The notes under the pieces: model-generated
The model's input: the letters and a program-made list of their open reading frames with translations, nothing else
The model's database searches: none
Told to the model about the DNA's origin: nothing
Program-made: the position numbers and the translations under genes
Shown: piece by piece, positions 7,161 to 14,678 of the stretch
How the letters are laid out: each line of letters starts with the position of its first letter
Numbering within the stretch: the first letter of the stretch is position 1
Source: Marine Group I thaumarchaeote
GTDB taxonomy: Archaea > Thermoproteota > Nitrososphaeria > Nitrososphaerales > Nitrosopumilaceae
Length of the DNA: 21,580 bases
Direction of reading: 5' to 3'
NCBI GenBank assembly: GCA_044358425.1
Contig: CP054849.1
Span: 700,053-721,632 of the forward strand

Positions 7161-7502
7161 TTACTTTGATTTCTTTTTACTCTTTTGAATTAGAATTTTT
7201 TTAATTCTAGATATTGTTGGATAACTATAGCCTCTGCGGCGGTAATTTGAAATCATCATTTTCCAATTTTTTAATCTCCATTGAGCTTGTTCAGTAGTAA
7301 CCGAATGCACTTCTTTTTGAACAATACTTTTTCTTCCAACTTTTAAAGTTCCAGAATCTTTAGCATACCATCTACTTTTTGCAAATTTAAGGCCAGTAAT
7401 TATTTCATTAACAGGCATTTCATTGAAATATTCTTTTAGTTTTTTTAATTCAAGATCTGTAGGTTTTTTTGAAATTGGGAGTTCAACACTAAATTTTGCC
7501 AT
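7161..7502 (-). CDS. hypothetical basic 113-aa protein
   Basis: ATG ORF convergent with the CdvB-like gene. The Arg/Lys-rich C-terminus (RRRGYSYPTISRIKKILIQKSKKKSK) could be nucleic-acid binding. No family recognised. Confidence 0.45.
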   Translation of the reverse strand: MAKFSVELPISKKPTDLELKKLKEYFNEMPVNEIITGLKFAKSRWYAKDSGTLKVGRKSIVQKEVHSVTTEQAQWRLKNWKMMISNYRRRGYSYPTISRIKKILIQKSKKKSK

Positions 7503-7787
7503 AAAATTCCTAAAACATCATAACTTAAGAATTTTGAAAAATTAGAATAATTAATTAGATTCAGGAATAAAATTATCAATTATCAACTAAAGTTTCTAAA
7601 GATAATCCAAAATAGCCACTATTTGATCCATTTAGGGATTTCATTAATTCAATTTTTAATGATCTCAATTCTTTGTTATTTTTCATAATTAGTGTACAAA
7701 TAAACTAGAAATAATATTGTCTTTTTAATTTGGGTAAACCAATAGCTCGTAGTCAATTAACTAATTTATGAAATTATTAAAAAATCC

Positions 7788-7795
7788 TTTTATGA
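7788..7795 (+). promoter_or_regulatory. TATA-like box for the helicase/HD pair
   Basis: ttttatga is centred near 7791.5, about 28 bp upstream of ATG 7820. Confidence 0.35.
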
Positions 7796-7819
7796 CAAAA
7801 ATAAAGTAGAGCAAGAGAG

Positions 7820-10483
7820 ATGAAGTTTTGCCCAACATGCGATACAAAACTTTCAAAAAATTTGAAAGATGTTGCAGCTCCAGGAATATGTCCAAAATGC
7901 AATCCTGAAAAAATTATTCCAAGAAAACCAACATATGGAGTCAATTATTCAGGAAGAACAAAACAATGTTCCAAGGGCTGTGGTTCAGAAATTTACTGGG
8001 ATGATGAATTCAAATCAGATAGTGGTAAATTCATTCCTCTTGATGCAAGAACAGATGAGCCACATAGTTGTAATGGTCCAGAAATTTCAGCAGGTTATTT
8101 TCCAGATGAAATAAAAAATATTGGAAAGACAGTAACTCCTAAAAAAATTAAAACAGAATTAAAAATTTCAATACCTGAAAATATTTTATTTGACGTAAAT
8201 AAAATACCAAAATTAGAAGTTGATAACGACATAATTATTCATGAATTAGTAGAAGGTCACAGGAATCAAACATTAGCAATTATTCATTATGAGAAATTAC
8301 TTTCATTAGAGCCAGAAAAATTACCAGTAGAAAATCTCAAAGATGTTTTATCAACAAAAATTATCGAAGGATTAAAAAAATATGGTTTTTCAGGAGTTCT
8401 ACCATTTCAAAATGAATCAATTCGGTCAATTTTAAATGGGGATAATTCAATTATTTCTGCACCTACAGGTTCAGGAAAAACAGAGGCATTCATAATTCCA
8501 ATTTTACAAAAAATTTTAGAAAATCCAATTGAAGGTGTTTTTGTATTATTGGTGTATCCATTAAATGCATTAATCGATGATCAAGTTTCAAAAATTTCAG
8601 ATTTAATAGATAAATGTGAATTAAATGACATAATTTCTACATATTCAATTCATGGTGGGCAAAATTCACAATACAAAGATAAAATAATTTCAGAATCATA
8701 TAAGAAATCAATTATTCTAGCAACAAACTTTGATTTCATTAATTATCATTTAATTTTACAAGATAAAAAATGGAATCAATTATTTAAAAATGCAAAAATA
8801 ATTGTAATGGATGAAGCACATTCATACACTAGTTTTCACGGCTCTAATGTTTACCATGTATTAAAAAGAATGAAAAACTATATGAATAAATTTCAAATCA
8901 TAGGAGCATCTGCAACGTTAGATAACCCTAAAGAATTTTTTTCAAACATGTACGATTTACCTGAAAAATCTTTCACATATATCAAAAGTGAGTCAAAAAG
9001 AAAACAAAATATGCATCGATTTTTCATCATGCCAAGAAAATATGGTCAAAGAACAACTATGGAAATGATTACAACAATATGCAATAAAAAAAAATCTAAA
9101 CAATTAGTATTCAGTAATAGTCATAATGATGCAGAATTTTTAGCATCAAACGTAGAATCTATGAATGAAAAAATAAGAATACAAATTCATCGTGGCGGTT
9201 TAGAACAAAAAGATAGAAAGATGTATGAATCACAAATGAAAGAAGGGGAATTAGATATTTTATCATGTACGCCTACATTAGAGCTGGGAATTGACATTGG
9301 TAATGTAGACGTAGTAATTTCAGCATTCAAAAATGAGTACGATTCATTTATTCAAAGAATTGGAAGAGCAGGAAGAAAAGGACAAAAATCATATGCAATC
9401 TGTGTTTTTGATCCAGAGGATGCAGCATGTCATTATTTTGCACGAAATATCCCTGCATATCTGAATCAAAATCATCATGTTGAAATTAACAAAGAGAATT
9501 CCATAATTTCAGAAAAACATACTGCGTCAATCGGAATGGAAAAACATGCAGCATTAGAATCAGATAAATCCAAATTTTTTGATTTTGCAAATAGTATTAA
9601 TCTAAGAGGAGCATCGGGAGAAATTACAATTTTTCACAACTCAAAAAAAATTGGAACCAGAGACACACCTGTGGGATATTATCAACTTCATCAAAATGGA
9701 ATATATCATTTCAATAAAGAAAATTATCAGGTAAAATCAATAAATAAAACTGAAAACGGTGCAAATGCATTTTTAGAAACATCTAATGAAATTCACAAAA
9801 GGACTATTCCTATTGTGAAGACATCATTAATGCAAGTGACAGAAAAAGACTCAATTAAAAAAGAAATTAATTCACATGTAAAAAAATTATCATTACGTTA
9901 TGGATTGATAAAAATAGATAGAACAATTACAGGATATCTAAAAGGAAATTATAACGATACGTCAGATAAGTTTGAAACGTTTGATGGAAAAACAATATTA
10001 AATTGGAATAATTTTAGTTGGAGTTCAAAACATTATTGTACGAGTATTACTGTACCAACTGAATTCACATCTAAAATAAATGGAGATGTAAAAAATTCAT
10101 TTACGTCAGATTCAAAAATACATACAATTACTCATGTTTTAGTTAATGCAAGTAAAATATTGACAAAATCAGAATCAAATGATATTGACGCATATTATGA
10201 AAATGGAATTATTCATTTGTTTGACAACACATCAGACGGGTATAATGGTTGTAGTAAAATAATTTATGAAAATTTTGAAGAAGTTATGAAAACTTGTTTT
10301 GATTTGATTAGTGAATGTAATTGTAAAGAAGAATCAAATGCGGATCAAGAATCAGCATCAGAGGAATGGGGAGGGTGTCCAAAATGTACATTTACAACAA
10401 ATTATTGTCAAACAAAAAACAAAAATTTATCAAAGAAATCAGCATTAGATTTTTTTTCAATTATGTGTAGTGCAAGTAAATGA
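7820..10483 (+). CDS. DEAH-box superfamily-2 helicase with C-terminal DUF1998/MrfA-type Zn-binding domain (COG1205, YprA/MrfA/Hrq1/DrmA-like) and an N-terminal double zinc module
   Basis: 887 aa. Motif I is APTGSGKT (8459-8482), motif II is MDEAH (DEAH at 8810-8821), motif III is SAT, motif V is TPTLELGIDIG and motif VI is QRIGRAGRKG (from 9353). The C-terminal part carries HTITHVL and a Cys cluster (C826..C863, nt 10295-10408). The N-terminus has CPTC..CPKC and CSKGC..HSC. Confidence 0.85.
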   Translation: MKFCPTCDTKLSKNLKDVAAPGICPKCNPEKIIPRKPTYGVNYSGRTKQCSKGCGSEIYWDDEFKSDSGKFIPLDARTDEPHSCNGPEISAGYFPDEIKNIGKTVTPKKIKTELKISIPENILFDVNKIPKLEVDNDIIIHELVEGHRNQTLAIIHYEKLLSLEPEKLPVENLKDVLSTKIIEGLKKYGFSGVLPFQNESIRSILNGDNSIISAPTGSGKTEAFIIPILQKILENPIEGVFVLLVYPLNALIDDQVSKISDLIDKCELNDIISTYSIHGGQNSQYKDKIISESYKKSIILATNFDFINYHLILQDKKWNQLFKNAKIIVMDEAHSYTSFHGSNVYHVLKRMKNYMNKFQIIGASATLDNPKEFFSNMYDLPEKSFTYIKSESKRKQNMHRFFIMPRKYGQRTTMEMITTICNKKKSKQLVFSNSHNDAEFLASNVESMNEKIRIQIHRGGLEQKDRKMYESQMKEGELDILSCTPTLELGIDIGNVDVVISAFKNEYDSFIQRIGRAGRKGQKSYAICVFDPEDAACHYFARNIPAYLNQNHHVEINKENSIISEKHTASIGMEKHAALESDKSKFFDFANSINLRGASGEITIFHNSKKIGTRDTPVGYYQLHQNGIYHFNKENYQVKSINKTENGANAFLETSNEIHKRTIPIVKTSLMQVTEKDSIKKEINSHVKKLSLRYGLIKIDRTITGYLKGNYNDTSDKFETFDGKTILNWNNFSWSSKHYCTSITVPTEFTSKINGDVKNSFTSDSKIHTITHVLVNASKILTKSESNDIDAYYENGIIHLFDNTSDGYNGCSKIIYENFEEVMKTCFDLISECNCKEESNADQESASEEWGGCPKCTFTTNYCQTKNKNLSKKSALDFFSIMCSASK

Positions 10484-11109
10484 ATTCACTAACAAATGCA
10501 GAATTATTTGCAAAGACAAAACATGGAGGAAAACTGAATGTAATTGGTGTCTCATACTCAAATCACTTAGAAAATGTTGTGAATAGGCTCAAAAGCTTAG
10601 GGGTAATTGATGAGGAAGTACTTTGTGCAGGATGGTTACAAGGTATTTTGGAACACACTGACACAAGTTTTGATGAATTGTTTGAAAAATTTGGTAGAAG
10701 AGTTTCAACATTAATTTTATCATTAACAGAAACCAAACTAGTAATTGATACAAATGATAATTCAACATTATCGTTAACAAAAAAAAGAACTATTTCAAAA
10801 AAACAAAGACAGAAAGAATATGGAATGAAGATAAAAGAGTCAGAGTTAGATGCAAAATTAATTAAATTATGTGACATATCAGCAAACTTAAGTGAATTAA
10901 AAAATCAAGTGATTTCAAAATCTAAAAAAAGACGTATTTTAAGGGAATTAAGATATTATCTTTTAATAATTGAAAAAGATCTTGCAGGACATACAAAATA
11001 TCCACAAATAATTACGTTATTGGAAACAATTAATCAAAATTTGAAAATTCAAAATAACAACATAGTTAAATTAAAAAAGAAATACAACACAGGCACAAAA
11101 AAAATCTAA
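10480..11109 (+). CDS. Mesh1/SpoT-type HD-fold protein with a degenerate metal site (HD replaced by QG)
   Basis: The first ~140 of 209 aa align by eye to the RelA/SpoT/Mesh1 hydrolase domain: KH.G, SYSNHL, GVIDEEVLCAGWLQGILEHTDTSFDELFEKFGRRV, KLIKLCDISANL. The canonical LHD..ED reads LQG..EH (Q54-G55 at 10639-10644). The start overlaps the helicase stop in ATGA. Confidence 0.65.
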   Translation: MNSLTNAELFAKTKHGGKLNVIGVSYSNHLENVVNRLKSLGVIDEEVLCAGWLQGILEHTDTSFDELFEKFGRRVSTLILSLTETKLVIDTNDNSTLSLTKKRTISKKQRQKEYGMKIKESELDAKLIKLCDISANLSELKNQVISKSKKRRILRELRYYLLIIEKDLAGHTKYPQIITLLETINQNLKIQNNNIVKLKKKYNTGTKKI

Positions 11110-11427
11110 AAAGAACAAATTGCAGATCAGAATAAATTAGAAATAAATACTATGGAAATATCGAATAATTATGAATTTAAAGAAAAGCCTTGCAAAGTTT
11201 TGCATAATGAAAAAAGTTCGTGACAAAGCAAACGAAACTGACGACGAATAAAAAAAATTTAAATTTTTAACATCCTAATGGAATATTTGAGTTTTTACAC
11301 AATGTGTTGTATATGGCAAAACCAAAAATTATGGATGCAAAAGTTGCTAACGGTACTAAAAGGAAAAAATTAGTTTTACGTCCCATAAAAATCAAAAATA
11401 AACACGACTATAAAGTTGTGACAGTTT

Positions 11428-11844
11428 CTAATCAACTGTAATTATTAAAACTCCTTTTGTTTTTGGATTTTGTAACTTAGTAACCATTTCTCTAGGCACC
11501 AAATCGGAGGCTTTATCACATTTTACAGACAATGTTCTAGGACATGTAAAATCACTTTTTCGTAAAACAATATCCTCTTGATGAGTCAATGTTAAATTTG
11601 GATGTCCTTTTCCTTTTATAGAGAATTCATCATCCCCAACTTTAATCAAAAATTTAACATTAGTTTCAGGATTTTTTAATTTATTTTTTAATTCTTCAGG
11701 CAAATCATAACATGAAGAGTTAGCACTAACACCTACAATACAATCACCCCGTAGGGTAAGATGAGAATCTTTTGTAATCTCTATGGTATTTTTATGATTT
11801 GATCTAATGTTTTCATGGCCAAAAAATTCAATTTCATACTTCAC
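11428..11844 (-). CDS. DUF371-family archaeal protein
   Basis: 138 aa. FFGHENIRSNHKNTIEITKDSHLTLRGDCIVGV and the C-terminal RTLSVKCDKA pattern match my recollection of DUF371. Uses a GTG start at 11844. Confidence 0.55.
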   Translation of the reverse strand: MKYEIEFFGHENIRSNHKNTIEITKDSHLTLRGDCIVGVSANSSCYDLPEELKNKLKNPETNVKFLIKVGDDEFSIKGKGHPNLTLTHQEDIVLRKSDFTCPRTLSVKCDKASDLVPREMVTKLQNPKTKGVLIITVD

Positions 11845-11865
11845 GCCAAATCTAATAGGCTAGAC

Positions 11866-11874
11866 TTAAATTAA
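11866..11874. promoter_or_regulatory. single near-palindromic TATA-like element (TTAAATTAA) shared by divergent DUF371 and psmA
   Basis: The centre at 11870 lies 26 bp from the minus-strand GTG (11844) and 27 bp from the second psmA ATG (11897). The whole divergent spacer is 37 bp. Confidence 0.4.
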
Positions 11875-11881
11875 TCCTTCA

Positions 11882-12634
11882 ATGCATTTTGATCAAATGC
11901 TTCCTGCACAACAAGGTTATGATCGAGCAATTACTGTATTTTCTCCTGATGGCAGATTATACCAAGTAGAATATGCAATTGAAACAGTTAGAAGAGGAAC
12001 AGTTGCTGTTGGAGTAAAATGTAAAGAAGGAATTGTTATAGCCGTAGAAGAGAAACCAAGAAAATTACAAATTTCAGAAACTGCTCAAAAGATATTTCAA
12101 ATTGATGATCATGTAGGAGTGGCTGCAGCAGGATATATTCCAGATGCAAGAAGTCAAGTAGATAATGCAAGATTCTTTTCTCAAAGTAACAAAATGATTT
12201 ATGATGAAGAAGTGGAAGTTGAAACTATTGCAAAACATTTAGCTGATCAATGTCAACAATATACACAATATGCAGGAGTAAGACCATATGGTGTTGCTTT
12301 AATTTTAGGTGGAGTAGTAAACAATACACCTCAACTATACCTTACAGACCCAAGTGGAACTTACATTTCATATGATGCAATTTCTATTGGTTCAGGTTCT
12401 GATAGTGTTACAGACTTTTTAGAAAAAACATACAAAGAAGAATTAACATTAGATGAAGCATCAACATTAGCAGCTGCTGGAATTTATCTTTCAAGTGAAG
12501 ATAAAGAAGGAACAAGTCATATCAGAATGGCACATATCAAGACAGAAACAGGTTTGTATGAATTAGTTTCAGATGAACAAATCGTTAATTATGCAAATAC
12601 TGCTAAAGAAAAATATCCACACGGAAAAAATTAA
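11882..12634 (+). CDS. psmA: proteasome subunit alpha
   Basis: The hallmark YDRAITVFSPDGRLYQVEYA is present with full-length similarity. The true start may be the second ATG at 11897, judging from the TATA spacing. Confidence 0.95.
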   Translation: MHFDQMLPAQQGYDRAITVFSPDGRLYQVEYAIETVRRGTVAVGVKCKEGIVIAVEEKPRKLQISETAQKIFQIDDHVGVAAAGYIPDARSQVDNARFFSQSNKMIYDEEVEVETIAKHLADQCQQYTQYAGVRPYGVALILGGVVNNTPQLYLTDPSGTYISYDAISIGSGSDSVTDFLEKTYKEELTLDEASTLAAAGIYLSSEDKEGTSHIRMAHIKTETGLYELVSDEQIVNYANTAKEKYPHGKN

Positions 12635-12665
12635 CTAGTTAAAACTACTGCGAGATTAAATTACA

Positions 12666-13472
12666 TTGAAAATATCTGTTGCAATTCCCACATCCTCATT
12701 ACAAGATGAATCACTTAAGATAGATAAAACTAGAAAAATTTCAGTTTTAGCAAGAGCATGTGCAATTTTTAAAATTGATACAATCTATGTCTATAACGAA
12801 GGCAATAATGGTTCAGATGGAAGTTTCATGACAATGATTCTAAGGTATTTAGAGACTCCCCAATTCTTGAGAAGAAGACTATTTCAAAAAGTAAATGATC
12901 TTAAATTTGCAGGAGTATTGCATCCATTAAGAATTCCAAGTCATAATACTCCAACAAATGCAAAAAAAATTGTTGCAGGAGATATCAGGGAGGGAGTGAT
13001 AGTAACTGTCAAAGGTAAAAAATTTGTCGATGTAGGAATTAATCAATTAATTCAATTTTATGGCAAAACCCCAACTGGAAAAAGAGTGACAATTCAATTT
13101 AAAGAAGGATATCCAAGATTGTCAGTTAAAGAAATTGACAATAGTGAATCAAAAACGTACTGGGGTTACGATGTCAAAGAAAGATCCAACCTATTTTCAC
13201 TGCTATCAGAATGGAAAGGAAATATCATAATCACATCAAGAAAAGGCAAAACAGTGACTAAAGAACATCTTGAAAAATATACTAAATCTGAAGAAAACTT
13301 ACTAGTTGTTTTTGGTTCTCCAGAAAAAGGAGTTCATGAAATAATCGGTGGGAGAATGAACAAAGTTCAAAATTCAAAGTCATTGAATTTTTTCCCTAAT
13401 CAAGCAACTGAAACAGTACGTTTGGAAGAAGCATTGCTTGGCACGTTAGCAATAATTAATGCTCAAAAATAA
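12666..13472 (+). CDS. putative SPOUT-superfamily RNA methyltransferase (DUF171 / Methyltrn_RNA_3, C9orf114-like)
   Basis: 268 aa with ISVAIPTSSL..KT.KISVLARACAIFKIDTIYVY at the N-terminus and VVFGSPEKGV..ETVRLEEALLGTLAII at the C-terminus. Uses a TTG start. Genomic association with proteasome and translation genes is typical in archaea. Confidence 0.65.
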   Translation: MKISVAIPTSSLQDESLKIDKTRKISVLARACAIFKIDTIYVYNEGNNGSDGSFMTMILRYLETPQFLRRRLFQKVNDLKFAGVLHPLRIPSHNTPTNAKKIVAGDIREGVIVTVKGKKFVDVGINQLIQFYGKTPTGKRVTIQFKEGYPRLSVKEIDNSESKTYWGYDVKERSNLFSLLSEWKGNIIITSRKGKTVTKEHLEKYTKSEENLLVVFGSPEKGVHEIIGGRMNKVQNSKSLNFFPNQATETVRLEEALLGTLAIINAQK

Positions 13473-13481
13473 TTATAAGAC

Positions 13482-13589
13482 ATGGCAGAAAGGAAAAATT
13501 TTTTGTTATTTGCAATAGGTATAGGGGTCATGGGTGTGATTATTGGCGGAATAACTATTTGGAATATGATTTCAGATGTTTTAAAATAA
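13482..13589 (+). CDS. possible 35-aa single-pass membrane peptide (MAERKNFLLFAIGIGVMGVIIGGITIWNMISDVLK)
   Basis: Hand-translated ATG ORF below the track cutoff, with a clean hydrophobic helix flanked by charged residues. Confidence 0.3.
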   Translation: MAERKNFLLFAIGIGVMGVIIGGITIWNMISDVLK

Positions 13590-13606
13590 CTTAATTTAGT
13601 CATGAT

Positions 13607-13651
13607 GGTTAACCTGTTAAAATATTTTGGTTAACGACAACTAACAGGGTT
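13607..13651. promoter_or_regulatory. GGTTAACC / GGTTAAC plus CCTGTTA...TAACAGGGTT inverted-repeat element immediately upstream of the ribosomal operon TATA box
   Basis: GGTTAACC at 13607-13614 is an 8-bp palindrome and GGTTAAC recurs at 13629-13635. aacctgtta (13611-13619) matches taaca(g)ggtt (13642-13651) as an inverted repeat with one extra g. Confidence 0.35.
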
Positions 13652-13658
13652 TAATAAA
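13650..13658 (+). promoter_or_regulatory. TATA-like box of the ribosomal protein operon
   Basis: tttaataaa is centred at 13654, and the uL3 ATG lies at 13683, giving a near-leaderless transcript. Confidence 0.45.
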
Positions 13659-13682
13659 GGGAATTCGAGAGACGATTTAACA

Positions 13683-14678
13683 ATGGGAGCTCGAAAACGA
13701 CATTCACCACGTAGAGGTAGTTTAGCATACTCACGTAGAGTACGCGCAAAAACTATGGAAGCAAGAATTAGAGCATGGCCAAGCAGATCAGCATCAGAAG
13801 AACCAAAAATTTTAGCTCACTGCGGATTCAAAGCAGGTTGTGTTCAAGTAGTAAGTATTGATGATCGTGAAAAAGTTCCTAATGCAGGAAAGCAATTAGT
13901 TAGTTTAGGAACTGTCTTAGTTACACCACCAGTTTTAATTTTAGGAATTAGAGGTTATTCAAAAGATCATGATGGATTGCATGCCGAGTTTGATGTTTAT
14001 TCAGAAGATATTCCAAAATACATTTCAAAAGAAATGACTTTTAAAAATAAAGAGGGCGCATTAGAAAATGCAGAAAAAAGTTTAAAGAAAATTAAAGAAA
14101 TATTTGCAATCGTTGCAGTATCTCCAAGAGCTGCAGGATTAGAAATGAAGAAACCATATATTTTTGAAGCAATGGTTAGCGGTGGAGATATTGAAAAACA
14201 ATTTGCACATGTAAAAGAAGTATTAGGAAAAGAAATTAAAATTGATCAAATTTTTGAAACAGGTTCAACAGTAGATGTTGCAGCAATTACAAAAGGTCAC
14301 GGATGGCAAGGTGTAATGAGAAGATGGAATGTAAAAAAGAAACAACATAAATCAAGAAAGACAGTCAGAGAAGTTGGTTCACTAGGTCCAATTTCACCAC
14401 AAAGTATCATGTACACAGTTCCAAGAGCAGGACAAACAGGTTTTCATCAAAGAGTCGAATATGATAAAAGAATTCTAGTTATGGGTAATACAGATAACGA
14501 TAAATTAAAAATTAATCCAGATGGAGGATACAAACACTTTGGTTTGGTTAAAGGGGATTTCATTATTTTGAAAGGTTCAGTTCCAGGAACATATAGAAGA
14601 CTAATCAAATTAAGAAGTCAAATTAGAAATGCACCAGTTAAAGTTAACAAACCAAATATCTTGGAGGTTGTAATATAA
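13683..14678 (+). CDS. rpl3: 50S ribosomal protein uL3
   Basis: 331 aa with the archaeal L3 pattern (HSPRRGSLAY, KGHGWQGVMRRW) and canonical operon position. Confidence 0.95.
   Translation: MGARKRHSPRRGSLAYSRRVRAKTMEARIRAWPSRSASEEPKILAHCGFKAGCVQVVSIDDREKVPNAGKQLVSLGTVLVTPPVLILGIRGYSKDHDGLHAEFDVYSEDIPKYISKEMTFKNKEGALENAEKSLKKIKEIFAIVAVSPRAAGLEMKKPYIFEAMVSGGDIEKQFAHVKEVLGKEIKIDQIFETGSTVDVAAITKGHGWQGVMRRWNVKKKQHKSRKTVREVGSLGPISPQSIMYTVPRAGQTGFHQRVEYDKRILVMGNTDNDKLKINPDGGYKHFGLVKGDFIILKGSVPGTYRRLIKLRSQIRNAPVKVNKPNILEVVI

Noticed and set aside
7820-11109. Calling the helicase plus HD pair a split Cas3 (Cas3' plus Cas3'') or a DISARM DrmA locus.
   Set aside because: The window has no CRISPR array and no cas genes. 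It has no DrmB/DrmC, methyltransferase or PLD-nuclease neighbours. The HD-like protein aligns with the RelA/SpoT/Mesh1 subfamily rather than Cas3-type HD nucleases, and it lacks the HD dyad. The helicase C-terminus is DUF1998-type, not Cas3 C-terminal.
12631-12642. The perfect 12-bp palindrome TTAACTAGTTAA spanning the psmA stop shares TTAACTAG with the bioA-bioB palindrome (2189-2196).
   Set aside because: An A/T-rich 8-mer shared twice in about 43 kb of two-strand sequence is within chance expectation. The element most simply serves as the TATA-like region about 27 bp upstream of the TTG start at 12666.
13600-13650. Possible C/D-box sRNA, because catgatgg resembles a C box (RUGAUGA).
   Set aside because: The last box position is wrong, and no CUGA D or D' box or C' box occurs at the required ~12-nt guide spacing. 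The region is better explained as promoter-proximal inverted repeats.
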